This document shows positions 11,311-22,157 of a stretch of DNA of 64,000 nt, in pieces (the first letter of the stretch is position 1; each line of letters opens with the position of its first letter). A program made the translations under genes and the position numbers. This stretch comes from Scyliorhinus canicula (taxonomy: Eukaryota). The notes under the pieces are model-generated. The model ran no database searches. It worked only from the letters and a program-made list of their open reading frames with translations, and was not told the origin of the DNA. The stretch lies in the NCBI RefSeq assembly GCF_902713615.1, contig NC_052160.1, positions 137,930,737-137,994,736 on the forward strand. Reading direction: 5' to 3'.

Positions 11311-12150
11311 TCATTGGAGACAGCGTCGGGATTTGGCAGGACATTGCCGTTTTAAATGGACGGAGCCACAGTTGCCGCACGTCGTAACGTCAGAACATTC
11401 GGTGCGCCACCGCGCATGCGTGGTGCGGTCGTACGTGGTGCGCGCCTGCGCAGTGCAATCTTTGGCATCGCCGTCCCCTCGGTCAGTGCGCACATGCACG
11501 AGAGCCCGCGAAAAGCGCGCAAAATGGCCGCACTCATTCAGGCTCAGGCCCTGGAGCTGTTTAATGGTTTGCACCCGCTCTGCCTCGTGGGGGCCTTGCC
11601 GCGCCGTTTCAGCCGCTTGAATGTGCGAGTATCGGTTAGTGGCGTGTTCATGCAGAACCCAGTTCTCGATGGCTATAGCAAGGGTGAGCTGTTTAAACTT
11701 GAGGAGCTGCTGGCGTAGGGGGTCAGATTGCACACCGAAAACGATCTGGTCACGGATCATCGAATCGGAGGTGGAGCCGTAATTGCAGGACTGCGCAAGG
11801 GTGCAAAGGTGGGTGAGGAAAGATTGAAAAGGTTCATCCTTACCCAGCAAACGCTGTTGAAAAGCACAGCGCTCAAAACTTTCATTTACCTCGATGTCGC
11901 AGTGACTGTCGAATTTGAGCAGGACTGTCTTGAACTTGGACTTGTCTTCACCGTCAGCGAAAGTGAGAGAGTTGAAGATATGAATGGCGTGGTCCCCGGC
12001 CATGGAAAGGAAGAGAGCGATCCTCCTGGCATCTCAAGCAGCTTCCAGGTCTGTAGCTCCAAGGTAAAGCTGGAATCGTTGTTTAAAGATTTTCCAGTTG
12101 GCACCGAGGTTGCCGGTGATGCGGAGCGGCGGTGGGGGGCGGACGCTGTC
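11311..12150 (-). pseudogene. Gypsy gag with C-terminal Zn knuckle
   Basis: FQSFLTHLCTLAQSCNYG..MIRDQIVFGV..LTLAIAIE; CGNCGSVHLKRQCPAKSRRC. Confidence 0.8.
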
Positions 12151-12235
12151 CATTAAACCGGATGGCTGATTGCTGGTCGAAGGCAGATCACTTGAAGGTT
12201 GGTCTATTAAACTGTAACATCACGTACTGGTACCA

Positions 12236-12639
12236 TGATGTGTTGGGTACTCTGGATCTGTGGAGACTGCGTTTACCTTAGCAGTAACATAGACAGGCTA
12301 CCAACACTTGTAATCGTACAACTCTATTTTATTTAACTGAGAGCTGTTAAACATACTCGCACTGTGGGTCGACACTATGTTAGATTGACTGACGACCTAT
12401 GCCTAACCTGACCAGCCTATACTGCTAGCACATGGTGAAGGTTTGTGCTACTGACTGCGGGCTCTGTCTGTCTCAGAGGCTGCATCCCGAATGAGCGGGA
12501 AAACTAGTGCCCTCTGGCTTTATAGTGAGCGTGCCCTAACTGGTGATTGGCTGCTGTGTTGTGTGTGTTGATTGGTCTTGCAGTGTGTCAGTTAGTGTGT
12601 GTCTCTGCACCATTATATACAGATGTGTATATTATGGCA
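12236..12639 (-). repeat. 5' LTR of the outer Gypsy, with adjacent PBS at 12227-12235
   Basis: Minus strand starts TGCCATAA and ends ACATCA. It is followed by TGGTACCAG, which matches the 3' end of vertebrate tRNA-Leu(UAA). A TATAAA box lies within the LTR. Confidence 0.75.
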
Positions 12640-14272
12640 TGCATGGGTTTAGATCCTTTATTTTCATTCTTTTGTTTTCTTTCTGCCCTTATCTATTTCT
12701 AAGTCCCCCCTCCCGTCCCCTTTCCCCACCCTTCCTGTAGCCCGCTCCCCTCTATCCCCCTTCCCCCTGCTTCTCTCCCCCTTACCTCCGTCACCGTTTT
12801 TTGTGCCTCCCCCTCCGCCACTTGCAGGTGCTGTTCCCCTTGCTAGGGGTGCGCCGTTGCTTCTGTCTGCTCCATCAGTCATGGTGCTAATTATGCCGCT
12901 AGTGTGGTGACTCCCCTCCCGGAGTTACTGTCCTTCTGTTCCTCGCCCACTCTCTGGAATTCCTACCTGCCATATCCCCGGATTACCCTGTATTTTTCCT
13001 GGGTGCCACTCTGCCTTCCCTCTGTCGCTACCCTCATTGTCCCGAACGAGGCCACGTTCTCACACGTAAAGCGGTCTCTTTGGTGGGGTTTGCTGTGGTC
13101 GTACAGGTTGTGGTGGGGGAGGGGGGGGGGCGGAGAGGGGGGAACAGGTTCTTATTTCCTCCGCCCTCTTCCCTCCCCATTGTAGCCATCTCAGATGGCC
13201 ACCTGCAAAGGACCATGGGAATTATGGCCAACCCAGGACTCAGACACACTCAGAGCTTGTGTGTGTATTTGCAACCCAGATAGCTAGACGCTATCGAAAC
13301 CTCCGCTCGTTTGCATTCTAATGGCCCATTTCCCCAGAACAAAAGGACTGTACTCAGGTAACCGTTACAGATGCAGACTAACCGACACCACTCCCTTTGC
13401 TAAGAAAGCCCAAACAGCAAAGGTCAATGAATGCTCAGGACACGCCCGGCCTTCAAGGCACCCACCCCTTTATTGGCCAAAATCGAAGGGAGTGATCGAA
13501 GCCTGTCGAATTATTGGGTCCAAAGCTAAGGACAGCCCCAAAGAGGGCGAAATCCCAGAGGGATAAAAAGAGACACAGTCATGTGTTCAGTCTCTCTTGG
13601 CCCTGGCGCTCGGTCTCTCTTGGCCCCGACCTACACCTAAAGCCAAGTGCAGCATTACGACCAGAAGACAAGTTCAAGACAAACAGTCGCTACCAGACGG
13701 ATGAGCCCAGCAGAAACGAAGCCGCTTCTTCTACCCAGCCACGCAAGATCCGAACAACGGCCTTGTTCATCTGCAAAGAGCCGGTTGCACTGAAGTTAAG
13801 TACAGGTTATTGTAGCTGTTAGGTGTAGTTTAACTTGTAGTGTTTTGTGTTGCATTTCGAAGTAATCCTTGTGTGTAAATAAACTATCCTTGAACTTGAA
13901 CTAACTAACTGGTTGTTTGGTCTTTGATCGATATCCGGTAAAGCCTTGTGGTGGTACCATTTGATACCTGCCGACTCTGAAAAGCAATATCATCATTAAT
14001 AACTATCATATCTAGTTAATTTGGCAACATTATTGGCATCTCTGGTACCGATTGGCAACACCATGTCAGCCCATTGCTCGGCCCCTGGATTGACTTTTGC
14101 CAGGCATTTTTCCCCGTCTCTCTTTTTCCCTCTATTCCACTAAGGTCGGGGGGTTGAGTTGTTAAGTTCTTCGGCGAATGTTTGGCGAAAAGTAGCTATT
14201 TTGCAGGTCCACGGGGAGGAGAGCCACCTGATGTGGGACAGCTCAGCACATCGTCGTCACCGGAAGTCTCCT
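12640..14272 (-). mobile_element. L1-like 5' end/non-coding remnant hosting the outer Gypsy and a solo LTR
   Basis: Minus strand begins GACTTCCGGTGACGACGATG, resembling fish/shark L1 5' ends; long purine-rich tracts; no recognisable ORF. Family assignment is tentative. Confidence 0.35.
13181..14060 (+). mobile_element. Solo LTR (880 bp), 4-bp TSD CCAT
   Basis: TGTAGCC..GGCAACA; CCAT at 13177-13180 and 14061-14064; GATAAAAA and AAATAAA signals; homologous to the LTR at 38029-39251. Confidence 0.85.
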
Positions 14273-14757
14273 GACTATTTTCTTTAGCACAAAAGCAGTT
14301 CAGCAGTTAATCTCAGACCCAATGGTTCTGGCGATGAAAACTGAAACTCCATTTGAACTACAAGTAACAAACTCACATTGTTTGTATATTTTTAGTGTTT
14401 ATCCAAAGCGATGCTCAGTTTGTGTCCAATCGGCTTGGAGTTGGGTTCCCTTCATCCACTTTGAAAATTCACCCGAACGTTCTGAGCAATTTCACTGCAG
14501 CTACAGAAATAGAAATGGTTCACTAAACGTAGACCCACACACCTCTGAAATATTAAATTAAAGGTTTAGAACGAGCAGGAATTGAACGCAGGAGCCTTCA
14601 ATGATTGCAGTGCATGTTACACTATAATCCAGTCCGTACATTAAAAACAGAAAATAATTTTGACATTTTTAACATTTGGTTGGTTCATTATGTTTTGAGC
14701 AATATAAAGATGCTGAATTTTGAACTTTTATTGATTGTGTTTCTCATCTATCAACAG

Positions 14758-15084
14758 GTACATGGGAGCCAATTGTATCAGAGATCAGTGGTGTTGTGGG
14801 AAATGTCGCCACTGTACCATGTATGTACACGGAGGAGGAGAAATACTATCAGAAATTCCTGTGTAAAGTCACCTCTATAAATAAATGCACCATTATTGCC
14901 AGCTCTAATGGGGCTGTAACCAATCTGCAAAATGGGAGTGTTTCAATCACTATTAACAATTTTCATAATTTTACTGTTACCCTGGGCAACATTAATAAAG
15001 CTGATGAAGGAGAGTACTGGTGTGGAGCAACAAGAATAACGAACATAAAGATCGTCCAGGTAAAAAATCTGACAACTGCTGAAG
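14758..15084 (+). CDS. CD300/CMRF35/pIgR-like receptor, Ig V-domain exon
   Basis: AG/GT-flanked phase 1-1 exon of 327 bp: TWEPIVSEISGVVGNVATVPCMY..KYYQKFLCK..KC..DEGEYWCG. It has the extra Cys pair typical of the CD300/pIgR family. Confidence 0.88.
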
Positions 15085-15274
15085 GTAAGGGTCAATATAA
15101 AATTATTATAATTCAATCAGTGTTGTATCGAACTCCGAACAGAAACAATTGGTCAATGCCGGTGCGTGAGCTTCACACGAGGCACCTCCTACTCACCCTT
15201 TATCTCACACTTTCAGCATATCCATCGGTCCATTTCCATCTCAATGTCTTTATCTAGCTTCCCATTAAAAACAG

Positions 15275-15349
15275 CTGTGACTGTTGCCACATCCACTCCT
15301 CTGGCAGCAAGTTCCACATTGAGCAAGTTCCATATTCTAACAACTACGA
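15275..15349 (+). CDS. Receptor stalk exon (Ser/Thr-rich)
   Basis: CAG acceptor, 75 bp, phase 1-1, VTVATSTPLAASSTLSKFHILTTT. The donor GTGAAG is weak. Confidence 0.6.
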
Positions 15350-15445
15350 GTGAAGAATTTTATTCCTGAAACCCTAATTGGATATTTTAAAAATATCTTA
15401 GATTTTTAGACCCTTAGGTTCTGTCATAAGTGGAAAGATCTCTAT

Positions 15446-15787
15446 TAGAATCATAGAATTTACAGTGCAGAAAGAGGCCATTCAGCCTATCGAGTTTGCA
15501 CTGGCCCTTGGAAAGAGCACCCTATTTAAGCCCACGCCTCTACCATATTCCCGTAACCCAGTAACCCCACCTAACCTTTTGGATACTAAGAGCAATTTAT
15601 CATGGCCAATCCACCTAACCTGCACAACTTTGGACTGTGGGAGGAAACCGGAGCACCCAGAGGAAACCCACGCAGACACAGGAAGAAAGTGCAAACTCCG
15701 CACAGACAGTAACCCGAGGTCGGAATTGAACCCAGGTCCCTGGAGCTGTAAGGCAGCAATGCTAACCACTGTGCCACCATGCCTCCC
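15446..15787 (-). mobile_element. HE1/V-SINE-like SINE (long CR1-type tail)
   Basis: tRNA-like head, conserved body, tail GTAAATTCTATGATTCTA. Confidence 0.85.
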
Positions 15788-15799
15788 CTTGTCTTAATT

Positions 15800-15980
15800 T
15801 TTTGTTCTTCATTCTTAAGATGTTGGCGCCATTGGCAAGGCCAGCCATAACTAAACTTGAAAGTTTGGTGACGAGTCGCTGTTTTTAGCTGCTGCATCCA
15901 TGTGGTGTCGGAACACCCATGGTGTTGTTTGAGAGGGAATTCCTGGATCCGGACCCAGTGACAGGGAGATCACGATAATG
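15800..15980 (-). mobile_element. CR1-clade 3' fragment (family B)
   Basis: Similar to the copies at 21545-21870, 23655-23870, 24880-25140, 27570-28130 and 60300-60940. Confidence 0.5.
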
Positions 15981-15985
15981 TATCC

Positions 15986-18710
15986 CTAAGCTTGGATGGA
16001 AAATTCCCTGAGGAACGCAGTTTCTTCCAGACTTGCTGTGTTGAGCGCAGATAGGCCTCCACTGAGTCTGTGGATTGGACGTTCTTCTATGATGTGTTGC
16101 ATAGTTTTCTCTCTCCCACAGGCACATAGGGGGCTGGCACTAATGCCCCAACTGTGGAGGTTGGCCAAGCAGGGGCCCTGGCCGGTCCTGAACCTGTTAC
16201 GGGTGGACCACTCTTTCATTGGAAGGTTGGAACCAGGCAGCCGTTGGGTTGGGTTTGAGACCAACTCCTTGCTTTGTCGTGTCCAATCATTCCCATTCAT
16301 TTGTCCAGTGGAATGTGTACTGAATTCCTGCGGGAGAGGGTTTTTTCCAGATTGGCCTTTGATGGGAGTCATACATTGGGTGGGCTGAACAGGTCAGCAT
16401 GAAGTGGCAGGTTTGGGGGGCGCATTGTGAACTTTATCCATCATTTTGTGGGGTTTCTGCAAGTCAGTGGATATGTGGAAGGGTGAGGTTTACCAGGACA
16501 GGGAGCCAAGGGAGTGATGTTGAGTGTAGTGTTTCAGTAAAGATACGCATTGTAGCGTTCAGCTATGTGTCAACTGCGTGTGCGTGTGTGTTGATATTGA
16601 CCAAACAGGGCCACAGTATTCTGCTACGATGAGAGTGGCAAGTGCTGAGGTTAGGAGGGTGGTGGTAGCAGCACCCCCCCCCCCCCCCCCCACCACCACC
16701 ACCACCACCACCTCCCAAACCACCCCACCCCCCACCCCTTTGAGCCGACTAGTTTGGCAATCAAGTTGTTTCTGGACTTGACCTTGGCTGTAGTTGTTTT
16801 TAGATGTTCCCGGAGGGTCAGTGTCCTATCTAAGGTCACTCCGAGGTATGGTCGAGCTGGGTGGTGCTGTAACTCGCAGCCATTCATTTGGATGTTGAGC
16901 TCCTTATCGGCTTTTGCATTGTAAAGATGGCATAAGCTGGATGCAGTTTCTGCAGGGCTTAGCTTGAGTCACCATGTGTTGCAGTATTGTTCAAAATTTT
17001 GGCATGTCTTCATTTAGTTTCAGGTCCAGGGTGTTAAGTCAGGGATTTGAATTCATAACAGGTGCCATCGGCCTATGTGAATTTTCAGGATCTAGTTTTT
17101 GGAAGATCGTTTGTGCACAAGTTGAACAGAATTGAAGCCAGTACTGAGCCTAGGGGGGAGTCCATTGCTTTGCCTTTTCAATGTACTCTTTTCCTGTCCA
17201 AGAGAACTCTAAACCTTCGATTGTTCAACAGTGTCCCCTTGCTTTAGTCGCCTGGGTTGGGGAAGCGCCGGGACAGCTTCAGGAGAAGGTGGTCAGTGTG
17301 CCAAATGGTGTTGTAGGCAGCTGTGAGATCGAGGAGCATACTGCCCGTCTTCAAGCTTTCCTGAAAGTTGTTTTCAAAGTCAGTGATAAGGGCTGGAAGC
17401 CCCCAGTATTATGGTCCTTGCGGAAACCAACCTGGTCGCACTAAGGACTTCTCCTATGTTTGGGGATATGAGCTGAAGGATGAGGTGCTCAAGTATTTTC
17501 TGGAACCAACAAGAGGGAGATTGGATGATAGCTAGCTGCACATGTGGGGTCTTTTCCAGGTTTCGATAGTGCAATGACTTTTGCTGTCCGCCATTTCTTT
17601 GGAGCAGTGTTGGAATTTATGACCATCGTGTAAAACCGGGTCAGCCAAGCAAGAGCTTGGGTGTTTCATAAATTCTAGCATGATGTGGTCATATCCCGCT
17701 GCCTTGCCACACTTAAAGCCTTGTTATTGGATAGAAAAACATATTGAAACAACTCTGTGGTAAATCCTCTCTGTTTTTGAGTTTGGCCACATTGGACAAT
17801 GAGGCATTGATTAGTCTTTGCCTGAACCGGGGAAGAAGGGACATGAGGGTTTAGTCATAGCTGGGCACTTGGGGCGAACTTTTACCAGCTACATTGTCAT
17901 TGCCAACTGTGATTAAATATGGGGTTCGCCATATGACTTTTTATGGGCCAGGGTTTAGAAAACTCTGAAGTATATTATGGAGTTCACCTGACCTACAACT
18001 GTTTATAGATTTTGGTTACGATGAGCATAAGGGTCTGCCTGTCAGGTGTTATTCAACAGAGACCTTCAGCACTTTTAATCAAAAACAAAGTTTATTCTAC
18101 GAATTTAGTTAACATTTTAATAAACACACACAGTAAGCATCTTTATCAACAGCAACATAAATACCCCACACAGCTACAGTACTCTATATATAGCCCTTAA
18201 TAAATTCCCCCTTTACCTGTTCCAATTTAATAACAAGATCCCATAAACCAGTAACCCCTTTTCAAAGGGGTGGCCCAGCCCACAGCACTGAAGACCTGGT
18301 ACGGATGCTCCTCTTTCCGTTCCAAAACAGCAGGTTTGAATTTCTTCCAGAAAATAGTTATTTCTTTTCAAGTATTCAAGCAGTCTGGAAACAGCTTTTA
18401 AACTGAGGATAGAGAAAAAAAAACCTTCTTTCAACCTGTGCCGAACAAAACCAGTTCAAACTCAAAGCGAAAGTAAAACCAACTCCCAGAGCCACAGCCC
18501 AGCTCCACCCACACAATGGCATCACTGAAGCCATCTGGTAAGACAAAAACATTTCTTGAAGGGACACTCACATGACAGACTGCACCCACATTCCAACCAT
18601 CATTTGGCCAACACATCCATCCTCGTGACATACAGCCTTCCTACGCCAATTGGAAGACAAAAAGACTCATTATCCATGTGGCTGGTGCCAGTTTGTCAGT
18701 CAAATAACCT
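15986..18710 (-). mobile_element. Vingi/Ingi-type LINE, degenerate, interrupted by a solo LTR
   Basis: YLGVTLDRTLTLREHLKTTTAKVKSRNNLIAKL; C-terminus NRFRTGQGPCLANLHSWG..CACG..TMQHIIEE; RT AGFRKD/RPISLL-like remnants at 17100-17700. Confidence 0.6.
17939..18577. mobile_element. Solo LTR (639 bp), 4-bp TSD GACT
   Basis: T(T)TTATGGGCC..CATGACA; GACT at 17935-17938 and 18578-18581; a truncated sister copy is at 25742-25955. Confidence 0.8.
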
Positions 18711-18781
18711 TTCCCCCCATTTTCAATATTTTTATACCCGGTAGAGAGAAATGGTCAATGAAAATGACAAAAAAAATCTTC

Positions 18782-20357
18782 TTTTTATTTTTAAAATAAT
18801 TTTTATTGAAAGAGTTTTTCCATACAAACATTTACCCCTACTATTTTTTAAATTATATACAACACAATCCCTCTAGGCAAATATCCCTCCCTCGCCCGCC
18901 CTCTCGCGCGCACCAGTCCTCCCCCCCCCAAGCAACAACTTAACAAACAAGGCAGCCTACAGTTTCAGACATGAGCGGCGAGCAGACTTGCCCGCGTTAC
19001 AGTCGTGCATGTCCCCCCACGACCATTGCTGCCCCCCCCTCCCCCTCCCCCCCTCCCCTCCCCCTCCCCCCTCCCCTCCCCCCCCCTCCCCTCCCCTCCC
19101 CCCCCCTCCCCTCCCCTCCCCCCCCCCCCCCCCGGGCTGCTGCTGCCACGACCCCGAACGCCTATCTCTGATCTAAAAAGTCAAGGAAAGGTTGCCACCG
19201 CCTGGAGAATCCCTGTACCGACCCTCTCAGGGCAAATTTGATCCTTTCTAGCTGAATATAGCTAGCCATATCGTTAATCCAAGTTTCAACGCTTGGAGGC
19301 CTCGCGTCCTTCCATTGAATTAATATCCTTCGTCGAGCCACTAGGGACGCAAAGGCCAGTATTCCGGCCTCCCTTGCCTCCTGTACCCCCATCCTGGTTT
19401 GACCCTGGACCCCACCACCTTCGACACCGTCCTTGCCACCCCCTTCCAGAACCCTTCCAGCACCGGACATGCCCAGAACATATGCACATGGTTCGCTGGG
19501 CTTCCCTGACATCTGACACACCTGTCCTCACCCCCAAAGAACCGGCTCATCCTTGTCCCCGTCATGTGAGCTCTGTGCAGCACCTTAAATTGAATGAGGC
19601 TCAGCCTCGCACACAAGGAGGAAGAATTGACCTTCTCCAGTGCATCCGCCCACGTCCCGTCTTCTATCTGCTCTCCCAGCTCCCCTTCCCACTTGGCTTT
19701 CAGCTCCTCCCCTGATGCTTCTTCCGCCTCCTGCATTATCTTGTAGATGTCTGATATCTTCCCCCCTCCGACCCAGACCCCCGAGAGCACCCTATCACTC
19801 GCCCCCTTACTGGGGAGCAGGGGGAACCCCTCCACCTGCCGCCTAGCAAATGCCTTCACTTGTAAATATCTGAACATGTTTCCCGGGGGGAGCTCAAACT
19901 TCTCCTCCAGCCCTCCCAGGCTCGCAAACCTCCCCTCTATAAACAGGTCCTTCAGCTGCCGTATGCCCACCCTGTACCAGCTCTGAAATCCCCCGTCAAT
20001 GTTCCCCGGGATGAATCTATGGTTCCCTCTTATTGGCGCCGCCAACAGACCTCCCATTTCCCCCCTGTGTCGCCTCCACTGCCCCCATATCTTGAGGGTG
20101 GCCGCCACCACCGGGCTCGTGGTGTACCTCGTGGGGGGGAGCGGCCATGGTGCCGTTACTAGGGCCCCCAGGCTTGTGTCGCCACAGGACGCCCTCTCCA
20201 TTCGTTTCCAAGCTGCCCCCTCCCCTTCCATCATCCACTTGCGCACCATTGACACATTTGCCGCCCAGTAATACCCCGAGAGATTGGGTAGTGCCAGCCC
20301 TCCACTGTCTCTACTCCGCTCCAAATAGACCCTCCTCACCCTTGGGGTGCCGTGCGC
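18782..20357 (-). mobile_element. 5'-truncated L1-clade LINE (ORF2 C-terminus plus 3' UTR), 16-bp TSD
   Basis: GGLALPN..YYWAA; KVLHRAH..CVRC..HVHMFWACP; A-rich tail; GACAAAAAAAATCTTC at 18766-18781 and 20358-20373. Confidence 0.92.
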
Positions 20358-21208
20358 GACAAAAAAAATCTTCAACGTCCCAAAGGTGTTTCTCTAGGGT
20401 TGCACACAGCATTGTCCAGCGTTGAATTCCTAGAGATTCTAGGCCAACCCTGGAGAGTTGGCAACCTGGGCTCCGTGCAAGTGACTTTGGACGTGGAAGA
20501 AAGGGGAATTTCACACAGTTAAGTGTCGGGTCAGCTCCCCGCCTCTCGGCTGGTTTCCCCATGGGCGGGCTACTATGGGAACCGTCAGCCCACTCCATGG
20601 AGGCGGGCAGTCAAGAAAGCCAATTAAGGTCCTGTTCAGCAGCCATTTTCAGGAGCGACTGAAATTTTCCTGGTGTTGAACCACAAACAACACCCCCACC
20701 CCCCACCCCCACCCCCGCCACTGGAACTGAAGCCCTGAAAGTGATCTCTCGGTAACAGATGGAAAGCCATTGGACCCTCTTCTCAATCCCACATTCATGG
20801 AGCCACACAAATAAAAGAGCCACCATCACAGCAACTCCAGCCAAGAAGATCCCTACTCAAACTGACTTCTTTAATTGCAAATTATTTACAGGCCTCCGAA
20901 AGCACTTCCATTTTAGAAAAGCCGTCTGGGTCCCCTCTCTGCCCATTCAACCACAAACCGAATCCACCTTTTCCTCCGCTTCCCTTTGCGCAAGGTTACG
21001 TGACAATTCAAGTCAAGGAACTCCAAGGAGACTGTAACAGCGGGTGTTCAGAATGATCAATATTTATCCCCTTCACCACATAACTGGCCCCTCCCACCCT
21101 CTAACACCTATGTTTGCTTTCTTTAACACTGTGTGATGAAAATAAATGTATGTTATTGGGAATGATTATCAGTTATTCATTGAGTTACTCAGTCATGTTT
21201 AATTGCAG

Positions 21209-21245
21209 AACCAGGAAGTCCACTAAGCACCAATGATCCCCAAAG
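21209..21245 (+). CDS. Receptor short stalk exon
   Basis: TTGCAG/GTAAGA, 37 bp, phase 1-2, PGSPLSTNDPQS. It supplies the phase needed by the TM exon. Confidence 0.75.
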
Positions 21246-22047
21246 GTAAGATTTTAATAACTGTCATAAAATAATTTTTAATCATTCGAATTAAAGTCAT
21301 ATCTAATAGTTAGTTCTGCTCTCTTCACAATACATGCCGAGCAATGCTCTGCCTTTAAAACTACCACAATCCACACACTTTTTGGTGCCGAACTTTGCCT
21401 CATATAATTCCTCTGTTGATTGCCTTCCCATTTAATACACACAACATCGAAGTCAGGGAGCAAAGTTTCCACAGGCCCTGCCAACAATCGTTCAATTGCC
21501 GATAATATGTGAGCCATGAATTACCACTTCTTTCTGATATCCCTCCCCACACCTCAGTATTCGGTCACGGATGTGGGTGTCACTCTCTAGGCCCATCCCT
21601 AATTGCTCTTGAGCAGGTGATGGTGGTGGTGGTGTGCTGACATCTTGTGCCACAGCAGCCCACATGATGAAGGGATTCCCGTGGTATTGTTAGAAAGGCA
21701 GTACCTGGATTCTGACTCAACGACGATGAGGGAACCTTGATATATTTCCGAGTCCAGTTAGTATGAGGCTTGGATGTTCCTACGAGCCTGCTACCATACT
21801 CCTTCCGGATGGCAGAAGTGCGGGTTTGGAAGGTGCTGCTGAGGAAGCTTCGGCAAGTTGTTGTAGTGCATCGTCAATAGCGAAAGGCAATCTCACCAGA
21901 ATGTGTCTCATCTTTCGATTTAGCAATAATTACAATTTTTAAAAGATTCCTCTATTTAGTTCACAATCCACTACACGTTAGAGATATTTTTCCTTGTTTT
22001 AATGTGTGTACAGTCTTAATTTCATCTATTCCACTTCAATCTTTTAG

Positions 22048-22157
22048 TCACACTGCCTTGTACATCATCATCGCAGTTGTTCTGGGATTGTTAATCTTAC
22101 CACTGCTCGTTCTGTTTATATTGAGAACGAAAAAGCTAAAAGCAGCACATGACCAGG
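22048..22157 (+). CDS. Receptor transmembrane exon
   Basis: TTTTAG/GTAAGT, 110 bp, HTALYIIIAVVLGLLILPLLVLFILRTKKLKAAHDQ: uncharged TM plus a basic stop-transfer segment. Confidence 0.88.

Larger units (their letters stand above)
1..12639 (-). mobile_element. Outer Ty3/Gypsy LTR retrotransposon (5' LTR-PBS-gag-PR-RT-RH-INT), degenerate, interrupted at 1733-9642 by a LINE; 3' LTR lies outside the window
   Basis: Minus-strand ORFs in Gypsy order: gag 11311-12003, PR/RT 10114-11142 (LDTGASAN, LCIDPKDLN, YNRLPFG), RT/RH 9684-10178, RH 1293-1730 (YAQIEKE, ETDHRPL), INT 1008-1244 and 93-983 (HxxH/CxxC, SDNGPCF, KAEKGV). RH reads through the LINE junction as VAYASR|AMTPTEQ. Stops and frameshifts present. 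Confidence 0.93.

Noticed and set aside
14605-14880. ORF with a signal-peptide-like MLNFELLLIVFLIYQQ next to the Ig exon
   Set aside because: It is out of frame with the Ig domain; the hydrophobicity comes from the T-rich acceptor tract.
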